The notes below the pieces were generated by a model, which saw only the letters and a program-made list of their open reading frames with translations, was not told where the DNA came from and searched no databases. Shown piece after piece: positions 48,601 through 63,600 of a stretch of 64,000 nt of DNA. Source of the DNA: Yuukianura sp. NJ FZ-2021 (taxonomy: Eukaryota). The stretch covers positions 3,038,001 to 3,102,000 of the forward strand of contig CM102289.1 in NCBI GenBank assembly GCA_046563655.1, written 5' to 3'. Positions within the stretch are counted from its first letter, which is position 1. Every line of letters starts with the position of its first letter. The translations under genes and the position numbers were made by a program.

Positions 48601-51600
48601 TAACAACGTGCTTAGAAGCTTTCACTTTCTCTCGATAAAGAAAAATTTGAATGTTATCTTCAACAGAAAATTTTCACACGGATTCAGCCGAAAAACCTGA
48701 CAAGCAAGTTTGATAAACAACAAATTTCGTTGGTAACGCTTCAGACAGGACTTGAACACCCGAAATTAAAATTTTTCTGTATTTATGTTAACAATGTGCT
48801 TAGAAGCTTTCACTTTCTCCGGATAAAGAAAAAATTTGAATGTTATCTTCAACAGAAAATTTTCACACGGATTCAGCCGAAAAACCTGACAAGCAAGTTT
48901 GATAAACAACAAATTTCGTTGGTAACGCTTCAGACAGGACTTGAACACCCGAAATTAAAATTTTTCTGTATTTATGTTAACAATGTGCTTAGAAGCTTTC
49001 ACTTTCTCCGGATAAAGAAAAAATTTGAATGTTATCTTCAACAGAAAATTTTCAGACGGATTCAGCCGAAAAACCTGACAAGCAAGTTTGATAAACAACA
49101 AATTTCGTTGGTAACGCTTCAGACAGGACTTGAACACCCGAAATTAAAATTTTTCTGTATTTATGTTAACAATGTGCTTAGAAGCTTTCACTTTCTCCGG
49201 ATAAAGAAAAAATTTGAATGTTATCTTCAACAGAAAATTTTCAGACGGATTCAGCCGAAAAACCTGACAAGCGAGTTTGATAAACAACAAATTTCGTTGG
49301 TAACGCTTCAGACAGGACTTGAACACCCGAAATTAAAATTTTTCTGTATTTATGTTAACAATGTGCTTAGAAGCTTTCACTTTCTCCGGATAAAGAAAAA
49401 ATTTGAATGTTATCTTCAACAGAAAATTTTCAGACGGATTCAGCCGAAAAACCTGACAAGCAAGTTTGATAAACAACAAATTTCGTTGGTAACGCTTCAG
49501 ACAGGACTTGAACACCCGAAATTAAAATTTTTCTGTATTTATGTTAACAATGTGCTTAGAAGCTTTCACTTTCTCCGGATAAAGAAAAAATTTGAATGTT
49601 ATCTTCAACAGAAAATTTTCAGACGGATTCAGCCGAAAAACCTGACAAGCGAAGTTTGATAAACAACAAATTTCGTTGGTAACGCTTCAGACAGGACTTG
49701 AACACCCGAAATTAAAATTTTTCTGTATTTATGTTAACAATGTGCTTAGAAGCTTTCACTTTCTCCGGATAAAGAAAAAATTTGAATGTTATCTTCAACA
49801 GAAAATTTTCAGACGGATTCAGCCGAAAAACCTGACAAGCGAGTTTGATAAACAACAAATTTCGTTGGTAACGCTTCAGAAAGGACTTGAACACCCGAAA
49901 TTAAATTTTTTCTGTATTTGTGTTAACAACGTGCTTAGAAGCTTTCACTTTCTCCCGATAAAGAAAAAATTTGAATGTTATCTTCAACAGAAAATTTTCA
50001 CACGGATTCAGCCGAAAAACCTGACAAGCAAGTTTGATAAACAACAAATTTCGTTGGTAACGCTTCAGACAGGACTTGAACACCCGAAATTAAAATTTTT
50101 CTGTATTTATGTTAACAATGTGCTTAGAAGCTTTCACTTTCTCCGGATAAAGAAAAAATTTGAATGTTATCTTCAACAGAAAATTTTCACACGGATTCAG
50201 CCGAAAAACCTGACAAGCAAGTTTGATAAACAACAAATTTCGTTGGTAACGCTTCAGACAGGACTTGAACACCCGAAATTAAAATTTTTCTGTATTTATG
50301 TTAACAATGTGCTTAGAAGCTTTCACTTTCTCCGGATAAAGAAAAAATTTGAATGTTATCTTCAACAGAAAATTTTCAGACGGATTCAGCCGAAAAACCT
50401 GACAAGCAAGTTTGATAAACAACAAATTTCGTTGGTAACGCTTCAGACAGGACTTGAACACCCGAAATTAAAATTTTTCTGTATTTATGTTAACAATGTG
50501 CTTAGAAGCTTTCACTTTCTCCGGATAAAGAAAAAATTTGAATGTTATCTTCAACAGAAAATTTTCAGACGGATTCAGCCGAAAAACCTGACAAGCGAGT
50601 TTGATAAACAACAAATTTCGTTGGTAACGCTTCAGACAGGACTTGAACACCCGAAATTAAAATTTTTCTGTATTTATGTTAACAATGTGCTTAGAAGCTT
50701 TCACTTTCTCCGGATAAAGAAAAAATTTGAATGTTATCTTCAACAGAAAATTTTCAGACGGATTCAGCCGAAAAACCTGACAAGCAAGTTTGATAAACAA
50801 CAAATTTCGTTGGTAACGCTTCAGACAGGACTTGAACACCCGAAATTAAAATTTTTCTGTATTTATGTTAACAATGTGCTTAGAAGCTTTCACTTTCTCC
50901 GGATAAAGAAAAAATTTGAATGTTATCTTCAACAGAAAATTTTCAGACGGATTCAGCCGAAAAACCTGACAAGCGAGTTTGATAAACAACAAATTTCGTT
51001 GGTAACGCTTCAGACAGGACTTGAACACCCGAAATTAAAATTTTTCTGTATTTATGTTAACAATGTGCTTAGAAGCTTTCACTTTCTCCGGATAAAGAAA
51101 AAATTTGAATGTTATCTTCAACAGAAAATTTTCAGACGGATTCAGCCGAAAAACCTGACAAGCGAGTTTGATAAACAACAAATTTCGTTGGTAACGCTTC
51201 AGACAGGACTTGAACACCCGAAATTAAAATTTTTCTGTATTTATGTTAACAATGTGCTTAGAAGCTTTCACTTTCTCCGGATAAAGAAAAAATTTGAATG
51301 TTATCTTCAACAGAAAATTTTCAGACGGATTCACCCGAAAAACCTGACAAGCAAGTTTGATAAACAACAAATTTCGTTGGTAACGCTTCAGAAAGGACTT
51401 GAACACCCGAAATTAAATTTTTTCTGTATTTGTGTTAACAACGTGCTTAGAAGCTTTCACTTTCTCCCGATAAAGAAAAAATTTGAATGTTATCTTCAAC
51501 AGAAAATTTTCACACGGATTCAGCCGAAAAACCTGACAAGCAAGTTTGATAAACAACAAATTTCGTTGGTAACGCTTCAGACAGGACTTGAACACCCGAA

Positions 51601-54600
51601 ATTAAAATTTTTCTGTATTTGTGTTAACAACGTGCTTAGAAGCTTTCACTTTCTCCCGATAAAGAAAAAATTTGAATGTTATCTTCAACAGAAAATTTTC
51701 ACACGGATTCAGCCGAAAAACCTGACAAGCAAGTTTGATAAACAACAAATTTCGTTGGTAACGCTTCAGACAGGACTTGAACACCCGAAATTAAAATTTT
51801 TCTGTATTTATGTTAACAATGTGCTTAGAAGCTTTCACTTTCTCCGGATAAAGAAAAATTTGAATGTTATCTTCAACAGAAAATTTTCAGACGGATTCAG
51901 CCGAAAAACCTGACAAGCAAGTTTGATAAACAACAAATTTCGTTGGTAACGCTTCAGACAGGACTTGAACACCCGAAATTAAAATTTTTCTGTATTTATG
52001 TTAACAATGTGCTTAGAAGCTTTCACTTTCTCCGGATAAAGAAAAAATTTGAATGTTATCTTCAACAGAAAATTTTCAGACGGATTCAGCCGAAAAACCT
52101 GACAAGCGAGTTTGATAAACAACAAATTTCGTTGGTAACGCTTCAGACAGGACTTGAACACCCGAAATTAAAATTTTTCTGTATTTATGTTAACAATGTG
52201 CTTAGAAGCTTTCACTTTCTCCGGATAAAGAAAAAATTTGAATGTTATCTTCAACAGAAAATTTTCAGACGGATTCAGCCGAAAAACCTGACAAGCAAGT
52301 TTGATAAACAACAAATTTCGTTGGTAACGCTTCAGACAGGACTTGAACACCCGAAATTAAAATTTTTCTGTATTTATGTTAACAATGTGCTTAGAAGCTT
52401 TCACTTTCTCCGGATAAAGAAAAAATTTGAATGTTATCTTCAACAGAAAATTTTCAGACGGATTCAGCCGAAAAACCTGACAAGCGAGTTTGATAAACAA
52501 CAAATTTCGTTGGTAACGCTTCAGACAGGACTTGAACACCCGAAATTAAAATTTTTCTGTATTTATGTTAACAATGTGCTTAGAAGCTTTCACTTTCTCC
52601 GGATAAAGAAAAAATTTGAATGTTATCTTCAACAGAAAATTTTCAGACGGATTCACCCGAAAAACCTGACAAGCAAGTTTGATAAACAACAAATTTCGTT
52701 GGTAACGCTTCAGACAGGACTTGAACACCCGAAATTAAAATTTTTCTGTATTTATGTTAACAACGTGCTTAGAAGCTTTCACTTTCTCCCGATAAAGAAA
52801 AAATTTGAATGTTATCTTCAACAGAAAATTTTCACACGGATTCAGCCGAAAAACCTGACAAGCAAGTTTGATAAACAACAAATTTCGTTGGTAACGCTTC
52901 AGAAAGGACTTGAACACCCGAAATTAAATTTTTCTGTATTTGCGTTAACAACGTGCTTAGAAGCTTTCACTTTCTCCCGATAAAGAAAAAATTTGAATGT
53001 TATCTTCAACAGAAAATTTTCACACGGATTCAGCCGAAAAACCTGACAAGCAAGTTTGATAAACAACAAATTTCGTTGGTAACGCTTCAGACAGGACTTG
53101 AACACCCGAAATTAAAATTTTTCTGTATTTATGTTAACAATGTGCTTAGAAGCTTTCACTTTCTCCGGATAAAGAAAAAATTTGAATGTTATCTTCAACA
53201 GAAAATTTTCAGACGGATTCAGCCGAAAAACCTGACAAGCAAGTTTGATAAACAACAAATTTCGTTGGTAACGCTTCAGACAGGACTTGAACACCCGAAA
53301 TTAAAATTTTTCTGTATTTATGTTAACAATGTGCTTAGAAGCTTTCACTTTCTCCGGATAAAGAAAAAATTTGAATGTTATCTTCAACAGAAAATTTTCA
53401 GACGGATTCAGCCGAAAAACCTGACAAGCAAGTTTGATAAACAACAAATTTCGTTGGTAACGCTTCAGACAGGACTTGAACACCCGAAATTAAAATTTTT
53501 CTGTATTTATGTTAACAATGTGCTTAGAAGCTTTCACTTTCTCCGGATAAAGAAAAATTTGAATGTTATCTTCAACAGAAAATTTTCAGACGGATTCAGC
53601 CGAAAAACCTGACAAGCGAGTTTGATAAACAACAAATTTCGTTGGTAACGCTTCAGACAGGACTTGAACACCCGAAATTAAAATTTTTCTGTATTTATGT
53701 TAACAATGTGCTTAGAAGCTTTCACTTTCTCCGGATAAAGAAAAAATTTGAATGTTATCTTCAACAGAAAATTTTCAGACGGATTCAGCCGAAAAACCTG
53801 ACAAGCGAGTTTGATAAACAACAAATTTCGTTGGTAACGCTTCAGAAAGGACTTGAACACCCGAAATTAAATTTTTTCTGTATTTGTGTTAACAACGTGC
53901 TTAGAAGCTTTCACTTTCTCCCGATAAAGAAAAAATTTGAATGTTATCTTCAACAGAAAATTTTCACACGGATTCAGCCGAAAAACCTGACAAGCAAGTT
54001 TGATAAACAACAAATTTCGTTGGTAACGCTTCAGACAGGACTTGAACACCCGAAATTAAAATTTTTCTGTATTTATGTTAACAATGTGCTTAGAAGCTTT
54101 CACTTTCTCCGGATAAAGAAAAAATTTGAATGTTATCTTCAACAGAAAATTTTCACACGGATTCAGCCGAAAAACCTGACAAGCAAGTTTGATAAACAAC
54201 AAATTTCGTTGGTAACGCTTCAGACAGGACTTGAACACCCGAAATTAAAATTTTTCTGTATTTATGTTAACAATGTGCTTAGAAGCTTTCACTTTCTCCG
54301 GATAAAGAAAAAATTTGAATGTTATCTTCAACAGAAAATTTTCAGACGGATTCAGCCGAAAAACCTGACAAGCAAGTTTGATAAACAACAAATTTCGTTG
54401 GTAACGCTTCAGACAGGACTTGAACACCCGAAATTAAAATTTTTCTGTATTTATGTTAACAATGTGCTTAGAAGCTTTCACTTTCTCCGGATAAAGAAAA
54501 AATTTGAATGTTATCTTCAACAGAAAATTTTCAGACGGATTCAGCCGAAAAACCTGACAAGCGAGTTTGATAAACAACAAATTTCGTTGGTAACGCTTCA

Positions 54601-57600
54601 GACAGGACTTGAACACCCGAAATTAAAATTTTTCTGTATTTATGTTAACAATGTGCTTAGAAGCTTTCACTTTCTCCGGATAAAGAAAAAATTTGAATGT
54701 TATCTTCAACAGAAAATTTTCAGACGGATTCAGCCGAAAAACCTGACAAGCAAGTTTGATAAACAACAAATTTCGTTGGTAACGCTTCAGACAGGACTTG
54801 AACACCCGAAATTAAAATTTTTCTGTATTTATGTTAACAATGTGCTTAGAAGCTTTCACTTTCTCCGGATAAAGAAAAAATTTGAATGTTATCTTCAACA
54901 GAAAATTTTCAGACGGATTCAGCCGAAAAACCTGACAAGCGAGTTTGATAAACAACAAATTTCGTTGGTAACGCTTCAGACAGGACTTGAACACCCGAAA
55001 TTAAAATTTTTCTGTATTTATGTTAACAATGTGCTTAGAAGCTTTCACTTTCTCCGGATAAAGAAAAAATTTGAATGTTATCTTCAACAGAAAATTTTCA
55101 GACGGATTCAGCCGAAAAACCTGACAAGCGAGTTTGATAAACAACAAATTTCGTTGGTAACGCTTCAGACAGGACTTGAACACCCGAAATTAAAATTTTT
55201 CTGTATTTATGTTAACAATGTGCTTAGAAGCTTTCACTTTCTCCGGATAAAGAAAAAATTTGAATGTTATCTTCAACAGAAAATTTTCAGACGGATTCAC
55301 CCGAAAAACCTGACAAGCAAGTTTGATAAACAACAAATTTCGTTGGTAACGCTTCAGAAAGGACTTGAACACCCGAAATTAAATTTTTTCTGTATTTGTG
55401 TTAACAACGTGCTTAGAAGCTTTCACTTTCTCTCGATAAAGAAAAATTTGAATGTTATCTTCAACAGAAAATTTTCACACGGATTCAGCCGAAAAACCTG
55501 ACAAGCAAGTTTGATAAACAACAAATTTCGTTGGTAACGCTTCAGACAGGACTTGAACACCCGAAATTAAAATTTTTCTGTATTTGTGTTAACAACGTGC
55601 TTAGAAGCTTTCACTTTCTCCCGATAAAGAAAAAATTTGAATGTTATCTTCAACAGAAAATTTTCACACGGATTCAGCCGAAAAACCTGACAAGCAAGTT
55701 TGATAAACAACAAATTTCGTTGGTAACGCTTCAGACAGGACTTGAACACCCGAAATTAAAATTTTTCTGTATTTATGTTAACAATGTGCTTAGAAGCTTT
55801 CACTTTCTCCGGATAAAGAAAAAATTTGAATGTTATCTTCAACAGAAAATTTTCAGACGGATTCAGCCGAAAAACCTGACAAGCAAGTTTGATAAACAAC
55901 AAATTTCGTTGGTAACGCTTCAGACAGGACTTGAACACCCGAAATTAAAATTTTTCTGTATTTATGTTAACAATGTGCTTAGAAGCTTTCACTTTCTCCG
56001 GATAAAGAAAAAATTTGAATGTTATCTTCAACAGAAAATTTTCAGACGGATTCAGCCGAAAAACCTGACAAGCGAGTTTGATAAACAACAAATTTCGTTG
56101 GTAACGCTTCAGACAGGACTTGAACACCCGAAATTAAAATTTTTCTGTATTTATGTTAACAATGTGCTTAGAAGCTTTCACTTTCTCCGGATAAAGAAAA
56201 AATTTGAATGTTATCTTCAACAGAAAATTTTCAGACGGATTCAGCCGAAAAACCTGACAAGCAAGTTTGATAAACAACAAATTTCGTTGGTAACGCTTCA
56301 GACAGGACTTGAACACCCGAAATTAAAATTTTTCTGTATTTATGTTAACAATGTGCTTAGAAGCTTTCACTTTCTCCGGATAAAGAAAAAATTTGAATGT
56401 TATCTTCAACAGAAAATTTTCAGACGGATTCAGCCGAAAAACCTGACAAGCGAGTTTGATAAACAACAAATTTCGTTGGTAACGCTTCAGACAGGACTTG
56501 AACACCCGAAATTAAAATTTTTCTGTATTTATGTTAACAATGTGCTTAGAAGCTTTCACTTTCTCCGGATAAAGAAAAAATTTGAATGTTATCTTCAACA
56601 GAAAATTTTCAGACGGATTCACCCGAAAAACCTGACAAGCAAGTTTGATAAACAACAAATTTCGTTGGTAACGCTTCAGACAGGACTTGAACACCCGAAA
56701 TTAAAATTTTTCTGTATTTATGTTAACAACGTGCTTAGAAGCTTTCACTTTCTCCCGATAAAGAAAAAATTTGAATGTTATCTTCAACAGAAAATTTTCA
56801 CACGGATTCAGCCGAAAAACCTGACAAGCAAGTTTGATAAACAACAAATTTCGTTGGTAACGCTTCAGAAAGGACTTGAACACCCGAAATTAAATTTTTC
56901 TGTATTTGCGTTAACAACGTGCTTAGAAGCTTTCACTTTCTCCCGATAAAGAAAAAATTTGAATGTTATCTTCAACAGAAAATTTTCACACGGATTCAGC
57001 CGAAAAACCTGACAAGCAAGTTTGATAAACAACAAATTTCGTTGGTAACGCTTCAGAAAGGACTTGAACACCCGAAATTAAATTTTTTCTGTATTTGTGT
57101 TAACAACGTGCTTAGAAGCTTTCACTTTCTCCCGATAAAGAAAAAATTTGAATGTTATCTTCAACAGAAAATTTTCACACGGATTCAGCCGAAAAACCTG
57201 ACAAGCAAGTTTGATAAACAACAAATTTCGTTGGTAACGCTTCAGACAGGACTTGAACACCCGAAATTAAAATTTTTCTGTATTTGTGTTAACAACGTGC
57301 TTAGAAGCTTTCACTTTCTCCCGATAAAGAAAAAATTTGAATGTTATCTTCAACAGAAAATTTTCACACGGATTCAGCCGAAAAACCTGACAAGCAAGTT
57401 TGATAAACAACAAATTTCGTTGGTAACGCTTCAGACAGGACTTGAACACCCGAAATTAAAATTTTTCTGTATTTATGTTAACAATGTGCTTAGAAGCTTT
57501 CACTTTCTCCGGATAAAGAAAAAATTTGAATGTTATCTTCAACAGAAAATTTTCAGACGGATTCAGCCGAAAAACCTGACAAGCAAGTTTGATAAACAAC

Positions 57601-60600
57601 AAATTTCGTTGGTAACGCTTCAGACAGGACTTGAACACCCGAAATTAAAATTTTTCTGTATTTATGTTAACAATGTGCTTAGAAGCTTTCACTTTCTCCG
57701 GATAAAGAAAAAATTTGAATGTTATCTTCAACAGAAAATTTTCAGACGGATTCAGCCGAAAAACCTGACAAGCGAGTTTGATAAACAACAAATTTCGTTG
57801 GTAACGCTTCAGACAGGACTTGAACACCCGAAATTAAAATTTTTCTGTATTTATGTTAACAATGTGCTTAGAAGCTTTCACTTTCTCCGGATAAAGAAAA
57901 AATTTGAATGTTATCTTCAACAGAAAATTTTCAGACGGATTCAGCCGAAAAACCTGACAAGCAAGTTTGATAAACAACAAATTTCGTTGGTAACGCTTCA
58001 GACAGGACTTGAACACCCGAAATTAAAATTTTTCTGTATTTATGTTAACAATGTGCTTAGAAGCTTTCACTTTCTCCGGATAAAGAAAAAATTTGAATGT
58101 TATCTTCAACAGAAAATTTTCAGACGGATTCAGCCGAAAAACCTGACAAGCGAGTTTGATAAACAACAAATTTCGTTGGTAACGCTTCAGACAGGACTTG
58201 AACACCCGAAATTAAAATTTTTCTGTATTTATGTTAACAATGTGCTTAGAAGCTTTCACTTTCTCCGGATAAAGAAAAAATTTGAATGTTATCTTCAACA
58301 GAAAATTTTCAGACGGATTCACCCGAAAAACCTGACAAGCAAGTTTGATAAACAACAAATTTCGTTGGTAACGCTTCAGACAGGACTTGAACACCCGAAA
58401 TTAAAATTTTTCTGTATTTATGTTAACAACGTGCTTAGAAGCTTTCACTTTCTCCCGATAAAGAAAAAATTTGAATGTTATCTTCAACAGAAAATTTTCA
58501 CACGGATTCAGCCGAAAAACCTGACAAGCAAGTTTGATAAACAACAAATTTCGTTGGTAACGCTTCAGAAAGGACTTGAACACCCGAAATTAAATTTTTC
58601 TGTATTTGCGTTAACAACGTGCTTAGAAGCTTTCACTTTCTCCCGATAAAGAAAAAATTTGAATGTTATCTTCAACAGAAAATTTTCACACGGATTCAGC
58701 CGAAAAACCTGACAAGCAAGTTTGATAAACAACAAATTTCGTTGGTAACGCTTCAGACAGGACTTGAACACCCGAAATTAAAATTTTTCTGTATTTATGT
58801 TAACAATGTGCTTAGAAGCTTTCACTTTCTCCGGATAAAGAAAAAATTTGAATGTTATCTTCAACAGAAAATTTTCAGACGGATTCAGCCGAAAAACCTG
58901 ACAAGCAAGTTTGATAAACAACAAATTTCGTTGGTAACGCTTCAGACAGGACTTGAACACCCGAAATTAAAATTTTTCTGTATTTATGTTAACAATGTGC
59001 TTAGAAGCTTTCACTTTCTCCGGATAAAGAAAAAATTTGAATGTTATCTTCAACAGAAAATTTTCAGACGGATTCAGCCGAAAAACCTGACAAGCGAGTT
59101 TGATAAACAACAAATTTCGTTGGTAACGCTTCAGACAGGACTTGAACACCCGAAATTAAAATTTTTCTGTATTTATGTTAACAATGTGCTTAGAAGCTTT
59201 CACTTTCTCCGGATAAAGAAAAATTTGAATGTTATCTTCAACAGAAAATTTTCAGACGGATTCAGCCGAAAAACCTGACAAGCAAGTTTGATAAACAACA
59301 AATTTCGTTGGTAACGCTTCAGACAGGACTTGAACACCCGAAATTAAAATTTTTCTGTATTTATGTTAACAATGTGCTTAGAAGCTTTCACTTTCTCCGG
59401 ATAAAGAAAAAATTTGAATGTTATCTTCAACAGAAAATTTTCAGACGGATTCAGCCGAAAAACCTGACAAGCGAGTTTGATAATCAACAAATTTCGTTGG
59501 TAACGCTTCAGACAGGACTTGAACACCCGAAATTAAAATTTTTCTGTATTTATGTTAACAATGTGCTTAGAAGCTTTCACTTTCTCCGGATAAAGAAAAA
59601 ATTTGAATGTTATCTTCAACAGAAAATTTTCAGACGGATTCACCCGAAAAACCTGACAAGCAAGTTTGATAAACAACAAATTTCGTTGGTAACGCTTCAG
59701 ACAGGACTTGAACACCCGAAATTAAAATTTTTCTGTATTTATGTTAACAACGTGCTTAGAAGCTTTCACTTTCTCCCGATAAAGAAAAAATTTGAATGTT
59801 ATCTTCAACAGAAAATTTTCACACGGATTCAGCCGAAAAACCTGACAAGCAAGTTTGATAAACAACAAATTTCGTTGGTAACGCTTCAGAAAGGACTTGA
59901 ACACCCGAAATTAAATTTTTCTGTATTTGCGTTAACAACGTGCTTAGAAGCTTTCACTTTCTCCCGATAAAGAAAAAATTTGAATGTTATCTTCAACAGA
60001 AAATTTTCACACGGATTCAGCCGAAAAACCTGACAAGCAAGTTTGATAAACAACAAATTTCGTTGGTAACGCTTCAGACAGGACTTGAACACCCGAAATT
60101 AAAATTTTTCTGTATTTATGTTAACAACGTGCTTAGAAGCTTTCACTTTCTCCCGATAAAGAAAAAATTTGAATGTTATCTTCAACAGAAAATTTTCACA
60201 CGGATTCAGCCGAAAAACCTGACAAGCAAGTTTGATAAACAACAAATTTCGTTGGTAACGCTTCAGAAAGGACTTGAACACCCGAAATTAAATTTTTCTG
60301 TATTTGCGTTAACAACGTGCTTAGAAGCTTTCACTTTCTCCCGATAAAGAAAAAATTTGAATGTTATCTTCAACAGAAAATTTTCACACGGATTCAGCCG
60401 AAAAACCTGACAAGCAAGTTTGATAAACAACAAATTTCGTTGGTAACGCTTCAGACAGGACTTGAACACCCGAAATTAAAATTTTTCTGTATTTATGTTA
60501 ACAATGTGCTTAGAAGCTTTCACTTTCTCCGGATAAAGAAAAAATTTGAATGTTATCTTCAACAGAAAATTTTCAGACGGATTCAGCCGAAAAACCTGAC

Positions 60601-63600
60601 AAGCAAGTTTGATAAACAACAAATTTCGTTGGTAACGCTTCAGACAGGACTTGAACACCCGAAATTAAAATTTTTCTGTATTTATGTTAACAATGTGCTT
60701 AGAAGCTTTCACTTTCTCCGGATAAAGAAAAAATTTGAATGTTATCTTCAACAGAAAATTTTCAGACGGATTCAGCCGAAAAACCTGACAAGCGAGTTTG
60801 ATAAACAACAAATTTCGTTGGTAACGCTTCAGACAGGACTTGAACACCCGAAATTAAAATTTTTCTGTATTTATGTTAACAATGTGCTTAGAAGCTTTCA
60901 CTTTCTCCGGATAAAGAAAAAATTTGAATGTTATCTTCAACAGAAAATTTTCAGACGGATTCAGCCGAAAAACCTGACAAGCAAGTTTGATAAACAACAA
61001 ATTTCGTTGGTAACGCTTCAGACAGGACTTGAACACCCGAAATTAAAATTTTTCTGTATTTATGTTAACAATGTGCTTAGAAGCTTTCACTTTCTCCGGA
61101 TAAAGAAAAAATTTGAATGTTATCTTCAACAGAAAATTTTCAGACGGATTCAGCCGAAAAACCTGACAAGCGAGTTTGATAAACAACAAATTTCGTTGGT
61201 AACGCTTCAGACAGGACTTGAACACCCGAAATTAAAATTTTTCTGTATTTATGTTAACAATGTGCTTAGAAGCTTTCACTTTCTCCGGATAAAGAAAAAA
61301 TTTGAATGTTATCTTCAACAGAAAATTTTCAGACGGATTCACCCGAAAAACCTGACAAGCAAGTTTGATAAACAACAAATTTCGTTGGTAACGCTTCAGA
61401 CAGGACTTGAACACCCGAAATTAAAATTTTTCTGTATTTATGTTAACAACGTGCTTAGAAGCTTTCACTTTCTCCCGATAAAGAAAAAATTTGAACGTTA
61501 TCTTCAACAGAAAATTTTCACACGGATTCAGCCGAAAAACCTGACAAGCAAGTTTGATAAACAACAAATTTCGTTGGTAACGCTTCAGAAAGGACTTGAA
61601 CACCCGAAATTAAATTTTTCTGTATTTGCGTTAACAACGTGCTTAGAAGCTTTCACTTTCTCCCGATAAAGAAAAAATTTGAATGTTATCTTCAACAGAA
61701 AATTTTCAGACGGATTCAGCCGAAAAACCTGACAAGCAAGTTTGATAAACAACAAATTTCGTTGGTAACGCTTCAGACAGGACTTGAACACCCGAAATTA
61801 AAATTGTTCTGTATTTGTGTTAACAACGTGCTTAGAAGCTTTCACTTTCTCCCGATAAAGAAAAAATTTGAATGTTATCTTCAACAGAAAATTTTCACAC
61901 GGATTCAGCCGAGAAACCTGACAAGCAAGTTTGATAAACAACAAATTTCGTTGGTAACGCTTCAGACAGGACTTGAACACCCGAAATTAAAATTTTTCTG
62001 TATTTATGTTAACAATGTGCTTAGAAGCTTTCACTTTCTCCGGATAAAGAAAAAATTTGAATGTTATCTTCAACAGAAAATTTTCAGACGGATTCAGCCG
62101 AAAAACCTGACAAGCAAGTTTGATAAACAACAAATTTCGTTGGTAACGCTTCAGACAGGACTTGAACACCCGAAATTAAAATTTTTCTGTATTTATGTTA
62201 ACAACGTGCTTAGAAGCTTTCACTTTCTCCCGATAAAGAAAAAATTTGAACGTTATCTTCAACAGAAAATTTTCACACGGATTCAGCCGAAAAACCTGAC
62301 AAGCAAGTTTGATAAACAACAAATTTCGTTGGTAACGCTTCAGACAGGACTTGAACACCCGAAATTAAAATTGTTCTGTATTTGTGTTAACAACGTGCTT
62401 AGAAGCTTTCACTTTCTCCCGATAAAGAAAAAATTTGAATGTTATCTTCAACAGAAAATTTTCACACGGATTCAGCCGAAAAACCTGACAAGCAAGTTTG
62501 ATAAACAACAAATTTCGTTGGTAACGCTTCAGACAGGACTTGAACACCCGAAATTAAAATTTTTCTGTATTTATGTTAACAATGTGCTTAGAAGCTTTCA
62601 CTTTCTCCGGATAAAGAAAAAATTTGAATGTTATCTTCAACAGAAAATTTTCAGACGGATTCAGCCGAAAAACCTGACAAGCAAGTTTGATAAACAACAA
62701 ATTTCGTTGGTAACGCTTCAGACAGGACTTGAACACCCGAAATTAAAATTTTTCTGTATTTGTGTTAACAACGTGCTTAGAAGCTTTCACTTTCTCCCGA
62801 TAAAGAAAAAATTTGAATGTTATCTTCAACAGAAAATTTTCACACGGATTCAGCCGAAAAACCTGACAAGCAAGTTTGATAAACAACAAATTTCGTTGGT
62901 AACGCTTCAGACAGGACTTGAACACCCGAAATTAAAATTTTTCTGTATTTATGTTAACAACGTGCTTAGAAGCTTTCACTTTCTCCCGATAAAGAAAAAA
63001 TTTGAATGTTATCTTCAACAGAAAATTTTCACACGGATTCAGCCGAAAAACCTGACAAGCAAGTTTGATAAACAACAAATTTCGTTGGTAACGCTTCAGA
63101 CAGGACTTGAACACCCGAAATTAAAATTTTTCTGTATTTATGTTAACAACGTGCTTAGAAGCTTTCACTTTCTCCCGATAAAGAAAAAATTTGAACGTTA
63201 TCTTCAACAGAAAATTTTCACACGGATTCAGCCGAAAAACCTGACAAGCAAGTTTGATAAACAACAAATTTCGTTGGTAACGCTTCAGAAAGGACTTGAA
63301 CACCCGAAATTAAAATTTTTCTGAATTTGTGTTAACAACGTGCTTAGAAGCTTTCACTTTCTCCCGATAAAGAAAAAATTTGAATGTTATCTTCAACAGA
63401 AAATTTTCAGACGGATTCAGCCGAAAAACCTGACAAGCAAGTTTGATAAACAACAAATTTCGTTGGTAACGCTTCAGACAGGACTTGAACACCCGAAATT
63501 AAAATTGTTCTGTATTTGTGTTAACAACGTGCTTAGAAGCTTTCACTTTCTCCCGATAAAGAAAAAATTTGAATGTTATCTTCAACAGAAAATTTTCACA

